Shown here in pieces: positions 38,671 to 48,466 of a stretch of 64,000 nt of DNA. The notes under the pieces were generated by a model. The model ran no database searches and was not told the DNA's origin. It saw only the letters and a list, made by a program, of their open reading frames with translations. Both the position numbers and the translations under genes were made by a program. This DNA is from Candidatus Moranbacteria bacterium UBA2282. GTDB lineage: Bacteria; Patescibacteriota; Minisyncoccia; Moranbacterales; UBA2206. Location of the stretch: positions 6,028 to 70,027 of the forward strand of contig DDWQ01000003.1 in NCBI GenBank assembly GCA_002345745.1, read 5' to 3'. Position 1 is the first letter of the stretch. Each line of letters starts with the position of its first letter.

Positions 38671-39819
38671 CTAGAGCGAAAGCTGATAGAGTTTTCCATC
38701 AATTCTGTTTACAAAAAACAAACTACTTTCATCCGGACTTAAAAATAATTCTGTTGCATCATAGGCTTGATCTATTTTGTCTAGGGTAATTATGCGAGTT
38801 TTTTCACCAGTAGTAACATCAACTTTCCAAAATGTATCACTGGTGTTGAATTTTGCATCATTATAATCATTGGGCATTGTTGCACCAGCAGGAATTGAAC
38901 TAGGTAGTGCATAATAAATAGTGGTGTTGTTTTTTGACCAAGCACATTTAGAAACCATTGTTGGAATGCCAAGCGTTTTATATTCTCCACCAACGCTGTT
39001 CATAACACTAAGTTGCAGTTTTGTTACATCTGTTGTTTCTATGCTGCTTTCAAGTAAAAAACTGCCATCAGAACTCCATAAATAGTCAGCTCCAAATTTA
39101 CCTTGAGTAATTGTTTTTATTTCTTCACCAAAAACTGGCACAGACGACATAGTCGCTTGTGTAAGGGAATCTGGCTTATTCCAAAAAGAAACCAAGCCCG
39201 TTTTTGGAATAATAGCAACACGAGCATCGCCATTAGGCAGGGTGATTATTTTTTTCCAATTAGAGCCATCCGGATCAGCGACATTAAGCGTTTGTTTATC
39301 TGTTGTTGACTTGGAATATTTATAAATAATTTTATTGTTGTTTTGCCAAATAAGATCAGCTATGCCATCTGCCAGTCCAACATTTTTGTTTTGCAGATAA
39401 TCATAAGAAGAAAATTTGGAGGATAAACTATCTTTTGGAAAACGGGAAACAACCTTGTTTGTGTCTGGCGACCAAATAATATCGGATAAATTTAGGAGTT
39501 CTGCCGAAGAAAGTGTTTTTTTGTTGTGGCTCAATATATCAACTTCAAAAGCATTGCCAGTTGCTTTTGCATAATATTTTATAGAATCACCAGTCGGAGA
39601 AATTATTGGTGCTAAAATAGGTTCATCTGTCAGTGCTGTAATCGTGGCATTTTTTGAAATTATTGGTTGCTCAGAAGGTTTTTCCGAGGTTGTTGTTGCT
39701 ATCTCTGAATCACTTGATGAAGGTGTTTGTTTGAAAGAAAGCAAATAAACCCCCCAAAGAAGCAGGATAACAATAAGTGCAATGGTGGAGGTGATAAAAA
39801 TTTTTTTAGGTAAGGACAT
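38671..39819 (-). CDS. Membrane-anchored extracytoplasmic protein, beta-propeller-like (TolB/PD40-like repeats?); last gene of the T4SS-like operon
   Basis: N-terminal TM IFITSTIALIVILLLWGVYLL; repeated WSPD/LSPD-type motifs. Assignment is weak. Confidence 0.4.
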   Translation of the reverse strand: MSLPKKIFITSTIALIVILLLWGVYLLSFKQTPSSSDSEIATTTSEKPSEQPIISKNATITALTDEPILAPIISPTGDSIKYYAKATGNAFEVDILSHNKKTLSSAELLNLSDIIWSPDTNKVVSRFPKDSLSSKFSSYDYLQNKNVGLADGIADLIWQNNNKIIYKYSKSTTDKQTLNVADPDGSNWKKIITLPNGDARVAIIPKTGLVSFWNKPDSLTQATMSSVPVFGEEIKTITQGKFGADYLWSSDGSFLLESSIETTDVTKLQLSVMNSVGGEYKTLGIPTMVSKCAWSKNNTTIYYALPSSIPAGATMPNDYNDAKFNTSDTFWKVDVTTGEKTRIITLDKIDQAYDATELFLSPDESSLFFVNRIDGKLYQLSL

Positions 39820-39840
39820 CTTTTATGGGCTGAATAATAA

Positions 39841-40536
39841 TTAAGTTTTTTTGATAAATTTTTTGTAAATAATCCAGAGAAGAGCAAAGAAGAACACTAT
39901 TATGATAATGATTATTATCACGGAATAAGATGATGTTGTGATTTGTGAGACAGGTTGTTGGACAGGTTGTGGAGTAGATTGTGTAAGTAAAATTTGTCCA
40001 GTAACAGGGTCTTTTATGACGCCACTATTTTTATTAAGCAGATCAGTCGTTTGCTGGCTGTATTCTGGTTTGCTGGTTGCGCAATCCCCTAGGCAATTTT
40101 GCGCCGTTTCACCTTTTTCGTATTCGCATATACCATTGCCATTGCAAACGGAAAATTTAGACAGATCAGTGTTCAGCAACTCTTTGTTGCCTAATTTTTC
40201 CAACACCTTAAGTTCGGTGGCCAAACTAAAATAAGGTATGTTTAGATTGAAAGCACCATCTTGTTTATTAAATTCGGTTGAAACAATCTTTTTTCCGTCT
40301 GCCTCATAAAGTTCCAATATAAATTCACCAGATGTTTTATTTTGTGCAAATTCAACGATGGAAATGTCTTTAGTGGTGTCATGAATAACATTTTCCGGAA
40401 CAGATTTATCAAAAGACAATGTGTTGGTTTTTGCAGCGTAGTAAAAGTATATCGTAAAAGCATCTGAAGCTTTGGATATTAATGGAGAGGCAAACAATGC
40501 AATTGTTATTGCAAAGAGGATGATTTTTTTCTTCAT
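39841..40536 (-). CDS. Secreted protein with N-terminal signal peptide and C-terminal TM anchor
   Basis: Signal MKKKIILFAITIALFASPLISKA; C-terminal hydrophobic IIIIIIIVFFFALLWIIY followed by KKFIKKT. Confidence 0.45.
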   Translation of the reverse strand: MKKKIILFAITIALFASPLISKASDAFTIYFYYAAKTNTLSFDKSVPENVIHDTTKDISIVEFAQNKTSGEFILELYEADGKKIVSTEFNKQDGAFNLNIPYFSLATELKVLEKLGNKELLNTDLSKFSVCNGNGICEYEKGETAQNCLGDCATSKPEYSQQTTDLLNKNSGVIKDPVTGQILLTQSTPQPVQQPVSQITTSSYSVIIIIIIIVFFFALLWIIYKKFIKKT

Positions 40537-40542
40537 ATTTTT

Positions 40543-41370
40543 TTATAAGCTAGCATAAGAATTTAAAACCCGAGTACAATAATTATCAGTGGTTTTAGCA
40601 CAATTATTAGGCTTGCCAGAATTATAACAAGACGCAACTTGTTGGATATCAGTCATTGGACAACGACTATTGTTGCTTTTGATGAGCCAAGCCGCACAAT
40701 TAGCATCTAGTTGTGGATCATTTTGAATTGCTAGACAGCTAGTCGTGGCATCGCCTGGGATGCCACAAGCTGTTCTTATCGCGGGCAAGGCTTGGGAATA
40801 TCCGCAGGAACCATAACCATCTGTCGATAAGCTTTTATTGCAACCTTCACCACCATCTATTATAGCCTTTAGAGTTTTTGGATCTACACCAGAAGAATTG
40901 TTATTAATCGCGTCATTCATACTACTACATTTAGAGTCTGTAACGGGTGCTCCAGTTGGGGTTGTGGGAGTTGTTATAGGAACTGGTTGAGTGGCAATAG
41001 TAGCAACAGTCCCGCTATCTAACCGAACTAAATTTGGGTTGATTTCATATAGCAACAAATAGGAAATCAATGCTAATATCAAACCAATAATAGCATCAGT
41101 AATAACTGCCTTAGATTTGTCGACGCTGGCAACGTTGGCAGCTGAAGAAATATACATATAACCGCCAATAGTGATCATCAGCAAAGCCGAAACTCCAACA
41201 CCCCAAATGCCAAATTTATAAACAGCAGCAATGTAATTGTAAAAATTACCATCCGTTGCAAAACCAGGAATTTGTTCCATCGGAGTATAACTAAAAGAAG
41301 CTGCCCAAGTTATTACGGGTAGGAACAAAAATAAAAAAATAGCGATGGTTAATATTTTTTTTGTATTCAT
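40543..41370 (-). CDS. TrbC/VirB2-like pilin-topology protein (signal peptide + two TM helices) with a Cys-rich C-terminal extracellular domain
   Basis: Signal peptide, then IWGVGVSALLMITIGGYMYI and AIIGLILALISYLLLYEI hydrophobic hairpin as in T4SS pilins. The C-terminal ~150 aa contain 14 Cys. Assigned from topology only. Confidence 0.4.
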   Translation of the reverse strand: MNTKKILTIAIFLFLFLPVITWAASFSYTPMEQIPGFATDGNFYNYIAAVYKFGIWGVGVSALLMITIGGYMYISSAANVASVDKSKAVITDAIIGLILALISYLLLYEINPNLVRLDSGTVATIATQPVPITTPTTPTGAPVTDSKCSSMNDAINNNSSGVDPKTLKAIIDGGEGCNKSLSTDGYGSCGYSQALPAIRTACGIPGDATTSCLAIQNDPQLDANCAAWLIKSNNSRCPMTDIQQVASCYNSGKPNNCAKTTDNYCTRVLNSYASL

Positions 41371-41408
41371 TTTGTACAGATTATTGATAATATAAGTATA
41401 GCACAGTT

Positions 41409-44168
41409 TTAAATTTGTTTTTGTTCGGGGAAAAGTGAAAACAAAGTGCGAACCAAGAAGAGAATCAATAACATTGTTAGTGCGATGCGGAAAAGAAAGT
41501 TAATGTAGCTTGGTATGGCAGAAAATAAACTAGCGAGAATTTTTTGTTGCGGATTTTTATTTTGACCCGTAATAATTGCTGTACCACTAAGATTATTCAC
41601 CATTTTAATTTCAATTGTTTGTGAAATAGATTTTTCATAAAAATTAGTTTGAGGAACTTTCCAAATAGTGAAGAGTGCTTTCTTAACTAAATTTGGTTGA
41701 GTGTAAAGTGCACTAAGAGTAATGTCATATTTTTCTCCTACAGGCTTATTGGCAGTGAATACAAGTGTGCCATTAGCTTCAATCGCAGTGATTCCAAGGG
41801 AAGCCATATTGTCGGTGGTTACTTGGATGCCATCAAAAATCCACGAGGCATTGTCTCCAGGAATGAGTGTATTGGAAGATGATTTTATTTTAACAACTTC
41901 GCCTGACAAAGCTTCAAATTTATCAAGGCTAAAATCTGGCCAGGCACTAGAAGTCATACCAGAAACTGGATTAGGATTAACATTGATTGGATCAATATAA
42001 TAGCCTAATAGAGTTGGCGCACAGGTATCTGTAGTGGTAGAGGTTATGAATATTGCTGGGTCAACTACACGAAATGTTTTAGATAAAATTATTTTCTCTC
42101 CCGTTGTTTTATTAAGAGCCTCTAATGATAATATATGTTGAGAATCTCTTCCTCCCAAGATTGGAATATAGGCGATGTTCTGTTTGGTTTCAGTAAGAGG
42201 TGCATTATCAAAAGACCATAAAAAATCATAACCAGATGGATTGGCAATATCAACCTTAACTCCAATTATCTCATTTTTTACGACTGGACAGATAGCAGAC
42301 TCTATTCCAACATTGCAACGCTCAGTAGCGTTATTTAAACCAAGAGTTAGACTGTCAGAAACGCTGGCCGAAAAAACCTTAATAGCACTCGATGATAACT
42401 GAATTGGAATAATGATAGTTCCGACACCCTCTTTTTTTCCTTCGATTGCTCGGAGGATAATTTTAGCATAAAAAGTTTTTTGGTTAGATTTTAATGCAGG
42501 AAGACTAGCTTTAAAATTCAAATTCATTTTAAGAGAATCAATACCGATGCCAGACAATTTTTTTAAACCAGTTTGGGATTCTAATTGTGCTAATGTCAAC
42601 ATTTTCCAATCCTTATCTTCGGCTGCAATATCCGAACTAAGATATATTTGCCAAGCATATTTCAAAAAAGACTTATTCTCCACCCCCATAATAGAAGACT
42701 GAACAATCAATTGATCGGCACTATCTGCAGATTCAGAATTCATTGGTGATTTGGGTTGATAAGACAAGGAAACTTCCATTTTTTCATCAGAGTTTCCTTC
42801 GCTAGGTTCGATGAAGCCGTCTAGAAGAGTGGTGTTGACGTCTTCGATAGTAATATTTGCTTCTGTTTCATCACTCATTCTTCCTACGAAGTCACCGCAT
42901 TCTCCACCTGCTATACAGACAGTGCAACTTTCAGAATGATCGCCACTAAGAAGAACAACTAGATGTGGAGGAAAAGCTTCATTATCAGAAAGAGGTTTCC
43001 AAAGAAAACTAGCTCCCCCTGCACCTTCCTCATAGCGAGTGGCTCCATCAGGAATGCTGTGGGATTCTACTGTGCCTGAGCAAGTCACATTAACCGTAAC
43101 AGGTCCTCCATAGGAACTACCAGGCTGGGAAAAACTATATACTAATCTATCATCCGTAGAACCACTATCCTCCTCCGATTTAATCTCTGGATTTCCACTA
43201 ATAGCCCATGTAATTTTATAGGAAGAGTCATCATAATTAGTTGATTCTACTGAAATTCCTTCCACTGCAACACCAATTTCGTCACCCGTTACATAATTCC
43301 AAGTAAGTGTGTTTCTTCCGAATCCAGCAACAGCGGCCTCATCCATCACCCCGCTATTGGTAGTGTCTTTTGAATTTGGGTTCGTGTGCCAAAATTCTTC
43401 TTCATTCAAATTAAATTTGCCGTCGCCAGTTTCTTCGTCAGGTGCGTTTGGAAATAAATGGTTTTCACATTTAATTTCAGTTTCATTGCCAGTTGCAACG
43501 TGGTGGACATAACAATGATTGGCTTTCCCTTTTTGGTCATCACCACCAAAAGAAGCCTCATACCCATCACCATCAGCAGGATCTTTCGCCACCTTGTATT
43601 GATTAGGCGCATTGCAATAATCAAGATTTGGTTGATCATCACAAATTGGAGCATCTTTTCCCATCGCTCTTTGCCAATCAAAATCACCACTAGCAACAAG
43701 ACGCATAGCTTCAATTTTATAATCCTCAATATCAACATTATCATCATTGTTTAAATCGCAACGAGAAACATAATCTGTATTATATCCATCATCACCTTTG
43801 TCGATAGTTTTGCAGTAACCACGTTTCAAATACCAACCGTAATAGAGAAGCGCGGGATCATTCATAAAATATGTAGCACTAGCTGAGGCAGTAATTTGCA
43901 TCCCTGGGACAGGACTGCTAGGTGTAAAGGTTAGTTTCACTTGGGGTGGGGTTTTTTTCTGACGAGCGACATTTACGTATTGAACAGTTTCTTTAAGTGC
44001 AGTTTGATCGACTCCGAAATAACTCATCATATCACTGAGTGCCTTTTCGGTAACGGCTGCCGATATCGGATCTAGACCTACCATTTCAGCATAAATAGCC
44101 GGTGCTCCCGAGGAAAAAATAATAGTCGAGATGAATAATAGTATAAGTGATTTTCGCAAAAAATTCAT
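41409..44168 (-). CDS. Large (919 aa) secreted surface protein with C-terminal TM anchor; T4SS-operon-encoded putative adhesin or surface component
   Basis: N-terminal signal peptide, Cys-rich segments, C-terminal TM INFLFRIALTMLLILFLVRTLF. Confidence 0.5.
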   Translation of the reverse strand: MNFLRKSLILLFISTIIFSSGAPAIYAEMVGLDPISAAVTEKALSDMMSYFGVDQTALKETVQYVNVARQKKTPPQVKLTFTPSSPVPGMQITASASATYFMNDPALLYYGWYLKRGYCKTIDKGDDGYNTDYVSRCDLNNDDNVDIEDYKIEAMRLVASGDFDWQRAMGKDAPICDDQPNLDYCNAPNQYKVAKDPADGDGYEASFGGDDQKGKANHCYVHHVATGNETEIKCENHLFPNAPDEETGDGKFNLNEEEFWHTNPNSKDTTNSGVMDEAAVAGFGRNTLTWNYVTGDEIGVAVEGISVESTNYDDSSYKITWAISGNPEIKSEEDSGSTDDRLVYSFSQPGSSYGGPVTVNVTCSGTVESHSIPDGATRYEEGAGGASFLWKPLSDNEAFPPHLVVLLSGDHSESCTVCIAGGECGDFVGRMSDETEANITIEDVNTTLLDGFIEPSEGNSDEKMEVSLSYQPKSPMNSESADSADQLIVQSSIMGVENKSFLKYAWQIYLSSDIAAEDKDWKMLTLAQLESQTGLKKLSGIGIDSLKMNLNFKASLPALKSNQKTFYAKIILRAIEGKKEGVGTIIIPIQLSSSAIKVFSASVSDSLTLGLNNATERCNVGIESAICPVVKNEIIGVKVDIANPSGYDFLWSFDNAPLTETKQNIAYIPILGGRDSQHILSLEALNKTTGEKIILSKTFRVVDPAIFITSTTTDTCAPTLLGYYIDPINVNPNPVSGMTSSAWPDFSLDKFEALSGEVVKIKSSSNTLIPGDNASWIFDGIQVTTDNMASLGITAIEANGTLVFTANKPVGEKYDITLSALYTQPNLVKKALFTIWKVPQTNFYEKSISQTIEIKMVNNLSGTAIITGQNKNPQQKILASLFSAIPSYINFLFRIALTMLLILFLVRTLFSLFPEQKQI

Positions 44169-44172
44169 AGAA

Positions 44173-44832
44173 TTACTTAAATAAATAAATTATATAGGTG
44201 TCTAGGATTATTAAAAAAAATAAACTCATTAAATAGGAATATAAAAAAGAGCGACTTTTGTAGGTGACGACTCCTCCCGTGAAGGATAATATTATAAGAG
44301 GAGCTAATTTCCAGGTTAGATCGTTGGTAAATAGCAGAAAAAAGGTAAAAATTAAAGCTTGTATAATAGCTACTGCAAAGCCAAATTTTTCAGAAAATAA
44401 AAATAAAATAAAACCTTTGAAAAAAAACTCTTGTATGAATAAAAGAATATTTACCAAAATAAGTTCATATAATAAAAATATGCCAAAATTTTGGGCTAGA
44501 TAGGCTGGAAGCAGATATTTGTTTTCAAAATCAAAAAAATGTATCAGAATAAAAATTATTAGTGCTGATACAAAAAACATTCCAATTGCCCAGATAATGC
44601 CAATTTTTGTGTTTTGCAGATTGAAACCAAAATTACGCAAATCTTTTTTCAGAATAAGTTTTATATATAGAATTGGCAGGAGAAAAAAGAAAAATAAATT
44701 AAGACTGAATTTTTGTGAAATGTCTTGGGTTGGAAAAAAAATAATCAGCAACAAACAAGCCAAAATGACAACGGAGCTGATTAGTTCTGTTTTCCAAGCG
44801 GAAATAAATTGTTTTGCTTTTTCTTGTGTCAT
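44173..44832 (-). CDS. Polytopic membrane protein (possible degenerate CPBP-like)
   Basis: Six or more TM helices. QEFFFKGF weakly resembles CPBP motif 1 (EExxxRG); other CPBP motifs are not found. Confidence 0.35.
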   Translation of the reverse strand: MTQEKAKQFISAWKTELISSVVILACLLLIIFFPTQDISQKFSLNLFFFFLLPILYIKLILKKDLRNFGFNLQNTKIGIIWAIGMFFVSALIIFILIHFFDFENKYLLPAYLAQNFGIFLLYELILVNILLFIQEFFFKGFILFLFSEKFGFAVAIIQALIFTFFLLFTNDLTWKLAPLIILSFTGGVVTYKSRSFLYSYLMSLFFLIILDTYIIYLFK

Positions 44833-44841
44833 TTTTTTGTA

Positions 44842-45426
44842 TTAAGCAGGTGTTGCATCTGCAATGCTTTGATTGATTGCTTGTGTTTGTGCATTTTTAA
44901 CAGCGACAGCTTCTTTTGCTTTTTCTGCATTTAATTTTCTTTCTTCCAAGGTCATTTTAAAAATAAAATAAACAGAAATAGCCTCTAGGGGCATTAGGTC
45001 TATGATAGGAATAATTTCTACGAGAGTCATTCCAGCTAAAAGCAAAAGTTTTCGCAATAGTGGACTAATTTTTATTTTAGCTTTTCCAGCTTTTGTTCGA
45101 GCTTCTTTAGTTTTGCTATAAGATCCAGTTAAAAATATGGTTATAATAATTACTGCGGAAGCCATCAAGGTAAAAATGAAAATTAGCACAGCGCCAATGC
45201 CACCAGCAGCAATTAAAGCTGTGTTGACAATATCTAGAATATCTTTGAGTAGGGCTGCCATAAAAGCGATAGCAAACAACCAATCCAGAAAAGGATTAAT
45301 CTGTGCCATAAGCGATACTGCACCTATGGTTGTCTTGGCACCTTTTTTAATCTGACTCACTGACTTTTTCAATGTGCCTGCACGGGAGGTTTTTAAATTG
45401 TTGGCATGATCTTGTTGATTAGCCAT
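44842..45426 (-). CDS. T4SS-associated membrane protein (3 TM)
   Basis: Hydrophobic segments; located immediately downstream of virB4. Confidence 0.4.
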   Translation of the reverse strand: MANQQDHANNLKTSRAGTLKKSVSQIKKGAKTTIGAVSLMAQINPFLDWLFAIAFMAALLKDILDIVNTALIAAGGIGAVLIFIFTLMASAVIIITIFLTGSYSKTKEARTKAGKAKIKISPLLRKLLLLAGMTLVEIIPIIDLMPLEAISVYFIFKMTLEERKLNAEKAKEAVAVKNAQTQAINQSIADATPA

Positions 45427-45461
45427 AATACGTATTAGACTTATTAAGTAACAAGTCTATT

Positions 45462-47300
45462 TTACATCTCATCTTCTTCAAAATCTTTTTTGGCTTGCTC
45501 TATTTCTAGCAGTTGTGAAGGGTCGGTCGTGATAATCTGGTCTTCACTATAGGAGGCAACGACTTTGATGGCGACGTGTTTGGTGCCAGCAAAGAAAATT
45601 CCCTCTCCCACATTACTTTCTAGTAACAAAAATTTTTCTTGGTCAGTCAGATAGAATGTATCAGTGATAACATCAATAGCGGCTGGAGATTGTTTGAGCA
45701 AAAGCTGAATTGATGAATTGGTTACAATCGGTTTGCCATAACGAGATGAAAGAAAATCATTAACATCTTGCGTGATGGTTGTAAGTCCAGTATAGTATTT
45801 TCTGCAACGTTTTGCAATTCCAAAAAGGAAAGAAGCAGCGTCATCAGACTTCATCATTACCCAAGCTTCATCTACTAAAACCATACGACGCTTAACATTG
45901 GTACGCATCTCATTCCAAATAAATTGTAAGATAATATACATTGCTACGGGTCGCAGGTCATCTTCCATATCGCGAATATTAAAAACGACTAGTTTATTGT
46001 CAACTTTAATATTGGTAGTGCTATTAAGAAAGCCGGCAAAAATTCCTTCAGTATATTTTTCTAGTCGTATAGCTAAATTTTCACCACCGTCCATATTACG
46101 CAAAACTTGATGCAAATCTGCCATCGTTGGATACGCTTCTTTGGTCAGGGAATTAAAATCAGTCTTTCCGTTAATATCGCGAATATCATATGTTTCATGC
46201 ACGGCTCGATCAAGAATAGAATCCTCTTCTGGTGTAATATTACCCAGCATCAAATGCAAAAGACCTAATAAACTCGCAATATTATTGCGTAGAATATCCT
46301 CTGGATCATCATCATCACCTACCATCGGAAGATCAAATGGGTTTAAATGATTTCTTGAGTTAAGGGATATTTTAATGAAAGACCCATCAACGGTATCACA
46401 GAGATGTTTATATTCATTCTCTGGATCAATAATAATAACATCTGTTCCAATCATAAGGGAGCGTAAAACTTCTAGTTTTACGGCATAGCTTTTTCCACTT
46501 CCTGATTTGGCAAAAACCACCATATTAGCATTTTCCATTTTGAAACGATCAAAAAGAATTAAGCTATTATTGTGCCTATTGATGCCATATAAAATACCTT
46601 CATCATTAGAGAGAGTCGAGGAAACAAAGGGAAATGTTGTTGAAAGTGGGGCAGAATTCATATTTGTGCCAACATTTAATTCATCGTTTGCGAGGGGAAT
46701 AGTTGAATTGAATCCTTGCTCGGTTTTAAAAATAGCTGGTTTGATATAAACCAATTGTGCTTCTAGAATTGATTCAATACTGCGGGTAGTTTTGTCTAGC
46801 TCAGACTCAGTTTGACCATAAACAGTTACATATAAACCAAAACGAAAGAACTTTTCTGTTCCTTGTTGTAATTTATCGCGAAGTTCATCGATATCTTGCA
46901 TAGCTGTTTCCAACGCTGGGTCGCGAATCAGTCCCTTTTCTTGCTCAATATGCAGTTGGGATTGAACTTGTGTAGCACTTTTTCGCAAAGTCTTGAGGAT
47001 GTCGTATGTTTCAATAGGGTGAATAAACATAGAAATATCAATAGACATATCGATATTTATGATTGGAGAAAACCAATTACTATTCAAATAACGCGGATAG
47101 GAAATAACAAAAATAGTTCGTGCCAGCGTTTCGCCAAGTTGAATTGATTTAGGTAGGATTTTTATGGCCGCCGGCGCTAAAAGATCTTGTAATTTAGCAA
47201 TACCTTCTTGATAGTTTTTTTCAGATTGCATAAAATCATCAAGTTGTTCTTGACTTTGTGGTTGTTGTCCAGTATTTTTTTTATGCAGAAAATCAAACAT
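45462..47300 (-). CDS. virB4: VirB4/TrbE/TcpF-family T4SS ATPase, C-terminal ATPase part
   Basis: Walker A VVFAKSGSGKSYAV, Walker B RMVLVDEAWVMM, and the CagE/TrbE/VirB4-like region upstream. Confidence 0.85.
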   Translation of the reverse strand: MFDFLHKKNTGQQPQSQEQLDDFMQSEKNYQEGIAKLQDLLAPAAIKILPKSIQLGETLARTIFVISYPRYLNSNWFSPIINIDMSIDISMFIHPIETYDILKTLRKSATQVQSQLHIEQEKGLIRDPALETAMQDIDELRDKLQQGTEKFFRFGLYVTVYGQTESELDKTTRSIESILEAQLVYIKPAIFKTEQGFNSTIPLANDELNVGTNMNSAPLSTTFPFVSSTLSNDEGILYGINRHNNSLILFDRFKMENANMVVFAKSGSGKSYAVKLEVLRSLMIGTDVIIIDPENEYKHLCDTVDGSFIKISLNSRNHLNPFDLPMVGDDDDPEDILRNNIASLLGLLHLMLGNITPEEDSILDRAVHETYDIRDINGKTDFNSLTKEAYPTMADLHQVLRNMDGGENLAIRLEKYTEGIFAGFLNSTTNIKVDNKLVVFNIRDMEDDLRPVAMYIILQFIWNEMRTNVKRRMVLVDEAWVMMKSDDAASFLFGIAKRCRKYYTGLTTITQDVNDFLSSRYGKPIVTNSSIQLLLKQSPAAIDVITDTFYLTDQEKFLLLESNVGEGIFFAGTKHVAIKVVASYSEDQIITTDPSQLLEIEQAKKDFEEDEM

Positions 47301-47986
47301 TATTTTAATTCTAGATTGTTAATATCTCCAATCGTAGTATCCATAAAAAGATTAGGATTGTAGGAATTGTAAATTAATTCAATAAGCTCTTGAGTTCCTA
47401 GCATCGTCATACGCGTGCCAATTCCAGATAGTGCGGCTTCAATGTGGTCAGCTCTTTGCAGTAGTTGGTTTTTGTAGGTTTCAAAATTTTCTCTTTTTTG
47501 CATAATATCTTTGCGGGCATTGTTTCTGCTAAAAAGATTACCCAAAAAGCTTTTTTCTGTATTCTCGACGGGGGCAAAAGGCACAATTATATAAAAACTT
47601 TTATCCATTATATTTGAGACGGAAACTAATTGACGGATGAAATTTTTATATTCAGCAGTTTGCAGACGCAGAAGTTCATTAGTTTGTTCTTTTTCCTTTT
47701 TTTCAACAAACTCCATATATTTATTAACATTCATTTTTCGCGAACTGATGAGGATTTGAATCGGAAAGTCGAGGGAGTTTAGAAAATTTTGATATTGGGC
47801 AATAATTGCTTCTTGCTCATCGCTAGATTTTAGATCAAAATTAATAGCTGATACGGCAAGGATGGCTCGCAATGAACCATTTTTAAGAACAATAACATCT
47901 TCTTCAATTTCGGCAATATCAAGAAACTGCTGAGTAGCAGAGGTCGTTGTTTGTTTGGTTATTTTACTTGAATTTAATGATTCCAT
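47300..47986 (-). CDS. VirB4 N-terminal domain encoded as a separate ORF (split virB4), translationally coupled (TAATG overlap)
   Basis: LKNGSLRAILAVSAINFDLKSSDEQEAIIAQYQNFLNSL resembles the N-terminus of Gram-positive VirB4 homologues (TcpF/PrgJ/Orf16: ..DG....L.V..INF.L.S..E...I). Its stop shares one nucleotide with the ATG of the ATPase ORF. Confidence 0.55.
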   Translation of the reverse strand: MESLNSSKITKQTTTSATQQFLDIAEIEEDVIVLKNGSLRAILAVSAINFDLKSSDEQEAIIAQYQNFLNSLDFPIQILISSRKMNVNKYMEFVEKKEKEQTNELLRLQTAEYKNFIRQLVSVSNIMDKSFYIIVPFAPVENTEKSFLGNLFSRNNARKDIMQKRENFETYKNQLLQRADHIEAALSGIGTRMTMLGTQELIELIYNSYNPNLFMDTTIGDINNLELK

Positions 47987-48387
47987 TATCTTTTATTTAT
48001 CTCTAATAGTTTTGATATTTCTTCAATTTTTTGGCTAGAAAGTTCTTTTTTGGAAATTGCTGGAACAGTTTTTTTAACAGAGGATTTAACAGTGCTTATC
48101 TGGTCAGGCAATCTTTTCCACATATATATCTTTGGCTTGGTGAAAAAAGAAATAGCGGAAAGGATAAACATTATTAGTGGTTGGCTATGCGGTCGATAGA
48201 AAGCCAGGGCACCGAAAAGTATCGATAGTATGATGGCGATGACAATAAAGGCGGAGGTATCTAGAAAGCTCCAACAGAAAAGAAGAATAACACCATCCAG
48301 AGCCAACCAACCTAATTGCTTTGCAGTTAGCGGACCGACAATTTTGTCTTCAATATCAATAAATTGTGGGACGTTGAATAGGGACAT
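47986..48387 (-). CDS. VirB3/PrgI/TcpE-like small two-TM membrane protein
   Basis: 133 aa with two TM helices, directly upstream of virB4 as in Gram-positive T4SS loci; N-terminus FNVPQFIDIEDKIVGPLTAKQLGWL. Confidence 0.5.
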   Translation of the reverse strand: MSLFNVPQFIDIEDKIVGPLTAKQLGWLALDGVILLFCWSFLDTSAFIVIAIILSILFGALAFYRPHSQPLIMFILSAISFFTKPKIYMWKRLPDQISTVKSSVKKTVPAISKKELSSQKIEEISKLLEINKR

Positions 48388-48466
48388 AATGAATTTTTAT
48401 TTGGTGTTTATATATGTTTCATTCATAAAGTCAGTGTAATCATTTTAATCAGGGATAATCAGTGGT

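Noticed and set aside
43406-43754. Low-complexity ORFs (113 and 98 aa) inside the 919-aa surface-protein gene
   Set aside because: Poly-I/L/K translation of AT-rich antisense sequence; spurious.
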